64,000 nt of DNA from Roseobacter sp. (lineage in GTDB: Bacteria; Pseudomonadota; Alphaproteobacteria; Rhodobacterales; Rhodobacteraceae), in assembly GCA_045104955.1 (NCBI GenBank), contig JBGCDB010000041.1, forward strand, positions 8,000 through 71,999, read 5' to 3'. Position 1 is the stretch's first letter; each line of letters begins with the position of its first letter. Position numbers and translations under genes: made by a program. The notes beneath the pieces are model-generated. The model was not told where the DNA came from. It worked only from the letters and a program-made list of their open reading frames with translations, and did no database searches. This document shows, in pieces, positions 9,483-18,450 of this stretch.

Positions 9483-11318
9483 TCAGGCTTCTTCTTCGGA
9501 TTGCTGGCGCCGCCACAATTGCGCATAGCGGCCATCCTTAGCCAAAAGATCATCGTGTGATCCTTGTTCGATGACCTCGCCTTTTTCAAGCACAACGATG
9601 CGGTCTGCTTCTGCGATTGTGCTTAAGCGGTGCGCGATCGTCAGTACAGTTCGACCGCGCCCCGCATGCATAAGCGCGTCTTGAATTTCAGCCTCAGTCT
9701 CGGAATCAAGCGCCGATGTTGCCTCGTCCAACAGCAAAATAGGAGGATTTTTTAGCAGCGTGCGCGCAATGCCCACGCGCTGTTTTTCCCCACCCGACAG
9801 CTTCAAGCCACGCTCGCCCACGGTGGTCTCATATCCGTCCGGCAAGGACAGGATGAAATCGTGGATTTGCGCGGCTTTTGCCGCTTCTTCGATGTCAGCT
9901 TGGGTGGAGCCGCTTTTGCCGTAGGCGATGTTGTAGCGGATGGTATCGTTAAATAGCACCGTATCCTGTGGCACGACCCCAATGGCCTCGTGGAGGCTTT
10001 CTTGCGTGACAGAGCGCACGTCTTGGCCATCAATGCGCAGCGCGCCGCCATTCACGTCATAAAACCGAAACAACAGCCGCCCAATGGTGGACTTTCCTGA
10101 CCCGGTAGAGCCGCAAATGGCGACCATCTGCCCCGGCTCTGCCGTCACTGAAACACCCTTGAGGATCGCGCGATCAGCGTTGTAACCAAAATGCACATCC
10201 TCCAGTTCGATCCGCCCCCCTTGGATGCGGAGGGGCTTTGCGTCTGGCGCGTCGACGACTTCGGCGGGTTGTTCCAGCAAGTTGAACATCTCGCCCATAT
10301 CCACCAGCGACTGGCGGATTTCGCGGTAGACTGTGCCTAAGAAATTCAGCGGTACAGTGATCTGGATCATGTAGGCGTTAACCATGACGAAATCGCCCAC
10401 AGTTAGCGTGCCATTTTGAACCCCCATCGCCGCCATGACCATCACACCAATCAAACCCATGGTGATCAGAAAGGATTGGCCAAAGTTCAAAAACGCAAGG
10501 CTGACAGCAGTTTTGATCGCCGCACCTTCGTATTTTTCCATGGCCGCATCGTAGCGACCTGCTTCACGGGTTTCCGCACCGAAATACTTGACCGTCTCAT
10601 AGTTCAGTAAGCTGTCGATGGCCTTTTGGTTCGCATCTGTGTCTTGTTCGTTCATCTCGCGGCGCAGTTTTACGCGCCATTCGGTGACCGCAAAGGTGAA
10701 CCACACGTACAGCGCAATCGTCACGGCCACGATCAGCAGATAATAAAAATCAAAGTAGACGGCAAAAATGATGCCGACCAAAAACAGCTCCAAGATTAGC
10801 GGTCCGATGGAAAACAACATAAAGCGCAGAAGGAAATCCACGCCTTTGACCCCGCGTTCAATAATGCGGCTCAGCCCTCCGGTTTTGCGCGTGATATGAT
10901 AGCGCATAGACAAGCGGTGGATATGCGTGAACGTCTCTAGCGCCAGCATTCGTAGCGCACGTTGCCCCACTTTGGCGAATACCGCGTCTCGGAGCTGCTG
11001 AAAGCCGACGGTCATCATGCGCGCGATACCGTAAGCGACTGTCAGGCCAACAGCACCCAAAGCCAACATGGGCACGCCTTCTTCGGCAAGCGCATCCACG
11101 GCGCCTTTATATAAAAATGGTGTCATGACCGAAATGATCTTGGCAAAGATCAGCAGCCCCATGGCCCACATGACCCGGTGACGCACCCAAGGTTTGTCCT
11201 CCGGCCACAAATATGGCGCAACCTTTTTGACAGTGCGCCACCCTGAAAGGCGTTCTTGTTCTTCGATGGATGCTGCGTCTTGGTCGTCTGTCTGGCTTGC
11301 CGTGGTGTCGGTGGGCAT
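9483..11318 (-). CDS. ABCB-family ABC transporter, Atm1/HMT1-like
   Basis: 'DSLLNYETVKYF', Walker A GSTGSGKS, LSGGEKQR and LLLDEATSALD. Confidence 0.92.
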   Translation of the reverse strand: MPTDTTASQTDDQDAASIEEQERLSGWRTVKKVAPYLWPEDKPWVRHRVMWAMGLLIFAKIISVMTPFLYKGAVDALAEEGVPMLALGAVGLTVAYGIARMMTVGFQQLRDAVFAKVGQRALRMLALETFTHIHRLSMRYHITRKTGGLSRIIERGVKGVDFLLRFMLFSIGPLILELFLVGIIFAVYFDFYYLLIVAVTIALYVWFTFAVTEWRVKLRREMNEQDTDANQKAIDSLLNYETVKYFGAETREAGRYDAAMEKYEGAAIKTAVSLAFLNFGQSFLITMGLIGVMVMAAMGVQNGTLTVGDFVMVNAYMIQITVPLNFLGTVYREIRQSLVDMGEMFNLLEQPAEVVDAPDAKPLRIQGGRIELEDVHFGYNADRAILKGVSVTAEPGQMVAICGSTGSGKSTIGRLLFRFYDVNGGALRIDGQDVRSVTQESLHEAIGVVPQDTVLFNDTIRYNIAYGKSGSTQADIEEAAKAAQIHDFILSLPDGYETTVGERGLKLSGGEKQRVGIARTLLKNPPILLLDEATSALDSETEAEIQDALMHAGRGRTVLTIAHRLSTIAEADRIVVLEKGEVIEQGSHDDLLAKDGRYAQLWRRQQSEEEA

Positions 11319-11391
11319 GAAGTGTCCTGCTATCGTGTCAGGTCTTATGTCCTAAATCACTCCACCTTGGTTTGCCAGCATCAAGCCCCAA

Positions 11392-12912
11392 TTAGTCGTC
11401 TGGCAGATCGAAAACCTGACCGGGATAGATTAAATCGGGGTCGCGGATATCCCCACGGTTTGCATCAAAGACCCGCACATAAAGGGTGCCTTCGCCGTAG
11501 CGTTCCCGCGCAATCGCCCAAAGAGTGTCGCCCGCCTGAACTGTTACCGCCCGCACCGGTCCTGTTTGACCTTGGGTTGCGGCGGCCAAGATTTGTGGCT
11601 CTTCGCGTTTGAACGGGGTTTCCATCCGGCTGGTCACTGCCCCTTCAGCGCCCACTGCATCAACCCGAAGCGTATAGACGCCCGCATCCACATTGGGCAC
11701 CTCGCCACGCCAGTTACCTTGCGCATCAACGGGCAACGAAATAACCGCCCGGTTATTCAGGTAAATACGCACCTCAACGGCTTCGGCGCTGGCACGACCT
11801 GCCAATTGCACCACGCCACTGTCTGAATACCCAATTGTATCCAGCATCACGCGCGCAGGGGCCACCGGTGCGGTTTGCAGCAGTGTGACGCCCTGTTCGT
11901 CAGATTTCAGCAAGGCAATTTGCGGTGCAGGCTCGGCTTGGGTGTCTTCTGTGGCAACATCGGCTGTTGGTTCCGTTTGCTCGGCGGCTTGGGCTACTGG
12001 GTCCGCACCCGGTTGCGTGCCTGCTTCTTGGGAAGGTGCAGGCACGGTTGCGGCGGCGGTCTGCTGTGTAGTTTCTTCTGACGCGGTGTCAGTTTGGACG
12101 CTTTGTTGCACGCGTTCTTCAGAGCTGGTTTGTTCTTGTTCAAGTGACTGCGCCACGTCTGCGCCATCGGTTTCCGGTTGATCGACGAGCCCTGCGATGA
12201 CTTCGGGACTTGCTTGCGCTTGGTCGCTTTGCGGCGCGTCATCTTGCGCTTGGGTGTCTACCTGCTGGGTTGTCTCAGTCACATTGGCAGATACCGCCGG
12301 TTCGGGGTCAGGCGCCACAATCGGTGCTACGATGACCTCATCCACGGAGGCGGCGGTTTGCCCGTCTTGAGTGGCGCGCAACGACAGAACGCGCGCGCTG
12401 TCGTCTGCATCAATGGTGCCAAGCGCTGCGAATGCACCGCTGGTGTCTGCGCGTGCTGTGGCGATGACATCTCCGTCAACGACCACTTCAACATCACTGC
12501 CAGGCGCTGCGCGACCAGCGATCACGGCTGTGCCGCCTGTCTCAAGGCGCACCTCGTCTATGGAAGGGGCTGCCACGTCCGGCGTGATTTCTTCCGCAAC
12601 AACGGCCTCAGGCCCTGCGTCCGTTTCAACGGCTTTACCCTCTGTCACGTCTGCAGGGTCCACGGCAGCCTGTGTCGTACTTTCGTCAACGAGATCGTTT
12701 TGCACAGGCGTCGCAGTCGTACCATCCGCTTGAGGTTCCGCAGGTGCAGGCGTATCCACGGCAGGCACAACAGACGCCAAATCATCTTCGGTCAAAGGTT
12801 GGCCGCTTTGCATGGTCATATACGTGCCTGCAGCGATGACGCCCACAATGACGAGCCCAGCCATCAGCAATCCAGAGCCACCTGACTTGGTGACCACATC
12901 CTCTTTGCCCAT
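11392..12912 (-). CDS. LysM peptidoglycan-binding protein with Ig-like domains and acidic linkers
   Basis: C-terminal 'VTVQAGDTLWAIARERYGEG...NRGDIRDPDLIYPGQVF' and an N-terminal TM. Confidence 0.88.
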   Translation of the reverse strand: MGKEDVVTKSGGSGLLMAGLVIVGVIAAGTYMTMQSGQPLTEDDLASVVPAVDTPAPAEPQADGTTATPVQNDLVDESTTQAAVDPADVTEGKAVETDAGPEAVVAEEITPDVAAPSIDEVRLETGGTAVIAGRAAPGSDVEVVVDGDVIATARADTSGAFAALGTIDADDSARVLSLRATQDGQTAASVDEVIVAPIVAPDPEPAVSANVTETTQQVDTQAQDDAPQSDQAQASPEVIAGLVDQPETDGADVAQSLEQEQTSSEERVQQSVQTDTASEETTQQTAAATVPAPSQEAGTQPGADPVAQAAEQTEPTADVATEDTQAEPAPQIALLKSDEQGVTLLQTAPVAPARVMLDTIGYSDSGVVQLAGRASAEAVEVRIYLNNRAVISLPVDAQGNWRGEVPNVDAGVYTLRVDAVGAEGAVTSRMETPFKREEPQILAAATQGQTGPVRAVTVQAGDTLWAIARERYGEGTLYVRVFDANRGDIRDPDLIYPGQVFDLPDD

Positions 12913-13045
12913 AAAAATCTCTTTTCCCCAGGTAAGCCTATTGCGGCAGCAGCTTAGGCGTTGAGCCTACATAGCAACTGCCCTAAGACTGGTCAAAACG
13001 ATGTCGGTCACAAATCCATTATTTTCATCAAGAAAGACGGCACCT

Positions 13046-13597
13046 ATGCGCCAAATATCTGTTTGCGTTTATTGCGGGTCGCGCAAAGGGACGGACCCGG
13101 CCTACATGCAACAAGCCGAACGCTTGGGCGCGGGCCTTGCATCCGAAGGGTGGCGGCTGGTGTATGGGGCGGGCGATGTAGGGCTGATGGGGGCTGTGGC
13201 GCGCAGTGCCCAAGCGGCTGGCGCCGAGACGTTTGGTGTGATCCCACAGCACCTTGTAGATTGGGAAGTTGGCAAGACCGATCTGACCTCATATGTGGTG
13301 ACAGAAACCATGCATGAGCGTAAAAAAGTGATGTTCATGAATTGCGATGCGGTGGTCGTGATGCCTGGTGGTGCGGGGTCTTTGGACGAGATGTTTGAGG
13401 CGCTGACGTGGCGCCAGCTTGGTCTTCATGAAAAACCAATTTTCCTTATGAATACAAACGGCTACTGGGACCCGCTATTGGCCCTTATGACCCATGTCAC
13501 AGCGCAGGGTTTCGCCGATGAAAGCTTGCATGAATTTTATTCAACTGTCCCCGATGCCGATGCCTGTTTGGCTGCGGTGCGACGTGCCCTATCCTGA
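13046..13597 (+). CDS. LOG family nucleotide phosphoribohydrolase (TIGR00730)
   Basis: 'VCVYCGS', 'MHERK' and 'PGGAGSLDE'. Confidence 0.9.
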   Translation: MRQISVCVYCGSRKGTDPAYMQQAERLGAGLASEGWRLVYGAGDVGLMGAVARSAQAAGAETFGVIPQHLVDWEVGKTDLTSYVVTETMHERKKVMFMNCDAVVVMPGGAGSLDEMFEALTWRQLGLHEKPIFLMNTNGYWDPLLALMTHVTAQGFADESLHEFYSTVPDADACLAAVRRALS

Positions 13598-14475
13598 CGC
13601 AACGCCGCTGCCGAATAGATCGCTACCGCCGTCCAAATCATCGCAAATGTCAGCAGGTGCCAGCCGCCAAAAGGCTCTGCGAACAAAAATACCGCACAGG
13701 CAAATTGCAGCGTCGGGTTAATGTATTGCAGCAATCCTACTGTCGCCATTGCCAGCCGTCGCGCCGCGTAGCTAAACAGGATCAGGGGCAAGGCAGTGAC
13801 CGGTCCGGACAGGATCAACAAGATCAAATCATCCACTCCGCTGCCAAAAACTGCGCGCCCATTGTGATAGCTTTGCAACAGGATAATTACGGCAATCGGC
13901 GTCAACATAACCACCTCTGCCGTGACAGACACCACTGGCCCCATATCAAGACGCTTTTTCAAAAGTCCGTAAAACCCAAAGCTGACCGCCAGAGCGATCC
14001 CCAAGACAGGCGCCGCCCCTAACCCAAAGGTCAGGACACACACCGCACAACAGGCCAAAGCAACAGCCACCATTTGTGCGCGGGTCAACACTTCGGCAAA
14101 GACAACGCGGCCGATCAGAACAGCAACAAGCGGATAGATGTAATAGCCCAAAGAGCTTTGCGTGGTTTGCCCAACCTGCACCGCATAAATGAACATGACC
14201 CAATTGAAAGAAATGATCAGCCCCGCCAAGGCAATTACAGGCAATCGTTCCCGGCTGGCCAACGCGTCCCACACTTGGCGGATACGCCCCTGCACCAGCA
14301 AGACCAGCCCGAAAAACACCAACGACCACACCATTCGGTGCGCCAAAACATCGATCGCAGGAATATGCGCCAAAGCTTTGTAAAAGATGGGCGATATGCC
14401 CCAGATTGCGCAGGCCAGCACCATTGCGATCACGCCTTTTGCAGCCTCATCTTTCACTCGTCTTTGCTTTCTCAT
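13537..14475 (-). CDS. rarD: EamA family transporter RarD
   Basis: 'AHRMVWS', 'SLGYYIYPL' and 'GLLQYINPTLQF'. Start is uncertain; the 3' end overlaps the convergent LOG gene by 61 nt. Confidence 0.88.
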   Translation of the reverse strand: MRKQRRVKDEAAKGVIAMVLACAIWGISPIFYKALAHIPAIDVLAHRMVWSLVFFGLVLLVQGRIRQVWDALASRERLPVIALAGLIISFNWVMFIYAVQVGQTTQSSLGYYIYPLVAVLIGRVVFAEVLTRAQMVAVALACCAVCVLTFGLGAAPVLGIALAVSFGFYGLLKKRLDMGPVVSVTAEVVMLTPIAVIILLQSYHNGRAVFGSGVDDLILLILSGPVTALPLILFSYAARRLAMATVGLLQYINPTLQFACAVFLFAEPFGGWHLLTFAMIWTAVAIYSAAALRQDRARRTAAKQASASGTVE

Positions 14476-14731
14476 CCTTAGCGCATCCGCGTATCGAACC
14501 CGCGGCCTTGTCAGACGCCAACAGTGACCGCAATTTACAGCAGCTACAATCGGATTACGCACCACACCCGCTTTGAGTGCGCAACCACCCGTCGCATCAG
14601 GTGACCTGTGATCTTGATCATATACTCGCGGGAAGGGTCCGCGTTAACCTTGGTATTATTTGCAACGATCACGCCCGTGCCGGATCCTTGGTGTGGGCCA
14701 CTTTTTTCAAACCGCAATGATGGAGTGAGCA

Positions 14732-16573
14732 ATGTCGCATATTAAAATTTTTCTAAGCCACGCCCGTTCTGAAAAGACTTTTGACCAGGGTGCTGACCAA
14801 TATGCCCGCGCTTTAAAAGACATACTGAGCGAAAAAGACACCAATACCGACTACACGATTTTTGTGGACCAAGACGGCATCAAGAACGCTGAAGACTGGC
14901 GTGTTCGTATCCTCAATGAGGTGACAACCAGTCATATCTTTCTGTTTTCCGGCACCCAAAGCTGGTTCGAAAGCCAATGGTGCCTCAGAGAGCTGAAAGA
15001 ATTTGCAAAATCAGGCCGCCGCGTCGGTACAGACGACTTACCGGTTGGACGCGCCATCGTTCCAATAGCGCACAGCGATATAGATTTCAGCCGCGTGCCA
15101 TGGCTAAGGCGGGTCAACGCCCGTTTGGCAAATCGACTGATTCAGACGCGGCAGCGCCCAAACACAGCGACCGAGCAAGACCCTGCAGATGCCTGGCCCG
15201 ACCCAGCCACCACAGCACAACAGATCATTAAGATCCGGGAAGATTTGCAAAATATGCAACCAATCCGCATGCCCCCAAAGCGCGAATATTGGACGTTTCT
15301 TCCTGTTGGATTAAAGATCATCTCAGCGGCCATTGCGATGCTGGCCATTGGTGTCTCGGCATATTTGGTACGTAACCAAGTGACCGACATGCGCGATATT
15401 CGCGCAAAAAAGGGCGCGTTCCAACAAATCGTCCGGAACCAGTCACCCCACGTCCAAGATATGAGGGTCGCAGTCAACACGCTTTCCTCAAACGGCTTAC
15501 CCTCACGGTTGCCCAACTTGCGTGCGAATGAAGGTGAGGCGTTTGGCAATCAATGGGGGTTTGCTGTCAGCGATATTGAACGTTATTTTAAGCCTTTGGC
15601 TGATTGCTTGGAGCAACAAAGCTGCATTGCGGATGACGTGCAAGACCTGTGCACAATCGCCAAAACCGCCATTGACGGTCATCATACCTTGGTAAAATTC
15701 TTTTACTCAGGCGGCGACGGGCGGGGGTTTCATTTTGCGATGGGAGGTTCCAGCGCAATATTTGGCGTGACCCCCGGAACTACTGTGAAAGAGCCTGCCT
15801 TGATCCATGCGCCGAAGTTCTACACCCTTGCTTGCACGGACAAACCCGTTGTCCCGGTGAGTGGCGCATCGACAGCGCCAGCATGCCAAGACGATCTGAA
15901 GTTTGCGCTCAGCTGGGCCACCTCATGGCAAAACAGCGCGCCAGAAGGGCAAATCAACAAAACCGCTCAGATACGAAATGCTTTGACCGCAATATCGGAA
16001 AAGCTGAGACTGGAACGCAATATCTTAACTTCAGAATTCGCACAGGGTGTCGAAGACCTAAAGCTGATCAGACAAGAGCGCAGACCAGATATTGCACCTG
16101 ACGAACTGGACCGAGTGCTTATCAACCGTTTAGAGCGTGGATTTTCCCGCGCTGCGAATATGGCTGACGCCCTTGATAGATGCATCGCTACCGGGTTGAC
16201 CGGCGCGTCAGACGATCCTGACAGCATCGCCTTGGGTGCGGGTCTGATGTTGGATAGCTTCGTCTCTGGCGTGTCGGCCACCCGTTTTTTAGAAGTGCAT
16301 GCGATTTTGGCAGATCGCAGCCAACGCGATGCTGCAGCCCTGACCACCGTTGCCGATCATTTGGAACAGAACTATGCGGCCTTTATGAAGCTTTCAAACG
16401 AGAACTATCTCAAGTGCAATTCCATCATGTCAGGCATGTTCACGGACCCTTCGTTTCGGTTTCGGCTGCGTAATCGGAATGACACGGAAAATGCACAGCG
16501 GATCATTGCACTGTCTCAAAGGGATGCGACGACCCCCATTGGGGACATCAGACGCACCTGCGCGCCGAACTGA
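14732..16573 (+). CDS. TIR domain protein with one TM helix and a large Cys-containing extracytoplasmic domain
   Basis: N-terminal 'IFLSHA...IFVDQDGI..AEDW...I...V..SHIFL...S.WCLREL' is the TIR_2 pattern with the catalytic Glu; TM 'IISAAIAMLAIGVSAYLV' at about aa 196-213. Confidence 0.78.
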   Translation: MSHIKIFLSHARSEKTFDQGADQYARALKDILSEKDTNTDYTIFVDQDGIKNAEDWRVRILNEVTTSHIFLFSGTQSWFESQWCLRELKEFAKSGRRVGTDDLPVGRAIVPIAHSDIDFSRVPWLRRVNARLANRLIQTRQRPNTATEQDPADAWPDPATTAQQIIKIREDLQNMQPIRMPPKREYWTFLPVGLKIISAAIAMLAIGVSAYLVRNQVTDMRDIRAKKGAFQQIVRNQSPHVQDMRVAVNTLSSNGLPSRLPNLRANEGEAFGNQWGFAVSDIERYFKPLADCLEQQSCIADDVQDLCTIAKTAIDGHHTLVKFFYSGGDGRGFHFAMGGSSAIFGVTPGTTVKEPALIHAPKFYTLACTDKPVVPVSGASTAPACQDDLKFALSWATSWQNSAPEGQINKTAQIRNALTAISEKLRLERNILTSEFAQGVEDLKLIRQERRPDIAPDELDRVLINRLERGFSRAANMADALDRCIATGLTGASDDPDSIALGAGLMLDSFVSGVSATRFLEVHAILADRSQRDAAALTTVADHLEQNYAAFMKLSNENYLKCNSIMSGMFTDPSFRFRLRNRNDTENAQRIIALSQRDATTPIGDIRRTCAPN

Positions 16574-16597
16574 ACGCTGATCGGCGCGGCATCACAT

Positions 16598-16635
16598 AAA
16601 AAAACCCACCACGGTTAAACGCGGTGGGTTGTTTT
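16598..16635. terminator. Bidirectional rho-independent terminator between the TIR gene and sodB
   Basis: A-tract, AACCCACC...GGTGGGTT stem, then GTTTT, between convergent genes. Confidence 0.65.
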
Positions 16636-16668
16636 CCAAGGCAGTGAGTGCCTTTGGACAGAATTGTA

Positions 16669-17268
16669 TCACATACGCGATGCGACGTTTTCCCAGTTGA
16701 CGAGGTTGTCGTGGAAGTTCGTGAGATATGCAGGGCGCTTATTGCGGAAGTCGCTGTAGTAGTACTGCACCCACACGTCACAGCCCAGTAGCGCCGTTTG
16801 ATTAAAGCACAGCGGGTTCACGCCGTTTTCAGTCTTGGTCACAGCCAAGGACCCATCAGCATTTTTCACCAACCATGCCCAGCCAGAACCGAACTGACCC
16901 GCACCTGCGGCGGAAAATTGGTCTTTGAACGCGTCAACCGACCCAAAGCTTTCAGTCAAAGCGGCTTCGAGCTCGCTTGGCATTTTGCTTTCGCCCGGGC
17001 CCATCATTTCCCAGAACTGGTTGTGGTTCCAAAGCTGGCTGATGTTGTTGAAGATACCGTTTTGCGCAACTGCGCTGGCGTCATAAGTGCCTTTGATGAT
17101 GTCTTCCATGGACTTGCCTGCCCACTCGGTGCCTTCGATTGCCTTGTTGCCGTTGGTCACATAGGCATTGTGGTGCAGGTCGTGGTGGTATTCCAAGGTC
17201 TCGGCAGACATGCCCTTGGACGCAAGAGCGTCATGCGCGTAAGGAAGATCAGGTAGTTCAAAAGCCAT
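16669..17268 (-). CDS. sodB: Fe/Mn superoxide dismutase (C-terminal metal motif aberrant in this sequence)
   Basis: 'MAFELPDLPYAHDAL', 'EYHHDLHH', 'WNHNQFW' and 'FGSGWAWLV'; the motif reads DVWVQYYY instead of DVWEHxYY. Confidence 0.9.
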   Translation of the reverse strand: MAFELPDLPYAHDALASKGMSAETLEYHHDLHHNAYVTNGNKAIEGTEWAGKSMEDIIKGTYDASAVAQNGIFNNISQLWNHNQFWEMMGPGESKMPSELEAALTESFGSVDAFKDQFSAAGAGQFGSGWAWLVKNADGSLAVTKTENGVNPLCFNQTALLGCDVWVQYYYSDFRNKRPAYLTNFHDNLVNWENVASRM

Positions 17269-17398
17269 TTTGGCCCCCTTTGGTTATTCTACGGGTACAC
17301 TGTGCAATGAAGCGCACCATTGCTGCAGTTCAAGTATCAGGGTGCGCAAAAAGTGCCAAGGGCACTTAATAAATGCAAATTCAATGCGGATTTCCGCG

Positions 17399-17818
17399 CT
17401 ATTCAGTGCGTTTGGTGCAAGTCCCCTTGCCAGAAAAGCGATCTGAATACCCTTCCGGGCTGGCGTACACAGCGATGCGATTATTCGATTTAGTCAGTGT
17501 GGCAGTATAGTCAAAAGCTGTGGTCAGTTGATTGGCGCCATTAACAACATTCCGAAGCGTCCACCGTAGCACCATGCGCCGGTCATTGTTGCGCGTAACT
17601 CGCGCGGTCAGGGGCGCCTCGTTAAAACGCAAGATGACCTGATCAAAAACGACAACCTCGCCATCGTCTTTGACCACAATCGCAATTTTGTCCGCGATCC
17701 AAAATAACCGGTCCCGCTTTTGTGTGATATCGCAATCATACAAAACACCCGTAGGCTGTGCTGCCAAAGCAGGCCCGGCCGTCAACAAAAGGACAGATAT
17801 TAAAAGACGCGAAATCAT
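17399..17818 (-). CDS. Secreted hypothetical protein
   Basis: Signal peptide MISRLLISVLLLTAGPALA; two Cys near the termini (YDC, GTC). Confidence 0.65.
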   Translation of the reverse strand: MISRLLISVLLLTAGPALAAQPTGVLYDCDITQKRDRLFWIADKIAIVVKDDGEVVVFDQVILRFNEAPLTARVTRNNDRRMVLRWTLRNVVNGANQLTTAFDYTATLTKSNNRIAVYASPEGYSDRFSGKGTCTKRTE

Positions 17819-17877
17819 AGGTAGCCCAACTAAACGATACAGCAGCAAATCACGAGCCGCATACCGTCGCACCACGA

Positions 17878-18450
17878 TCAATGCCCGTCAACGAAAACTT
17901 CGGACCCGGGCTGCGCTGCTACGGACAACAGATCGAACACGTATTGCGCCTGACTGCGAAAACAAATGACCTGATAGCCGTCATGCGCATGCTGCCAAAA
18001 TGCCGCCGGCACCTGCGCCATCCGCGTGCGCCGAAATTGTCCCGGTTTGAACGCACCTGCAGACAGATCAACCGGGCACAACTTGGCCAGAACATCCGCC
18101 GCATATGTGCCCGTAACTTGAAAGCTGGCGCGCGCATCAGACACATTCACCGCCAAGGCATGGGTCTTGCCCAACGCTTTGTGCACTGCAGCAAGTTTCT
18201 GCGCCACTTGGTCATAGGCGCAAAGGATCAGCGCCTCGTCCGGGCTCATCCATGCGATGCCACTATCGCCTTCGATGGTGGTTTGACCTTGGGCTGGGAA
18301 ACTCCCTCCCGTGATAGACGTTGCCGCTTTTTGGATCTTGGCATCCGTCAAATCGCCGCGCAGGGTAATCATGCCCTGCAGCGGGACTTCTTGGATTTTG
18401 GCTATGCCGGAAAAGGTCGCACCGTTCAGTGCGGTGATCGCATCAGACAT
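17878..18450 (-). CDS. soxG: Sarcosine oxidase gamma subunit
   Basis: 'QGMITLRGD', 'WMSPDE' and 'VNVSDAR'; follows soxA. Confidence 0.88.
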   Translation of the reverse strand: MSDAITALNGATFSGIAKIQEVPLQGMITLRGDLTDAKIQKAATSITGGSFPAQGQTTIEGDSGIAWMSPDEALILCAYDQVAQKLAAVHKALGKTHALAVNVSDARASFQVTGTYAADVLAKLCPVDLSAGAFKPGQFRRTRMAQVPAAFWQHAHDGYQVICFRSQAQYVFDLLSVAAQPGSEVFVDGH

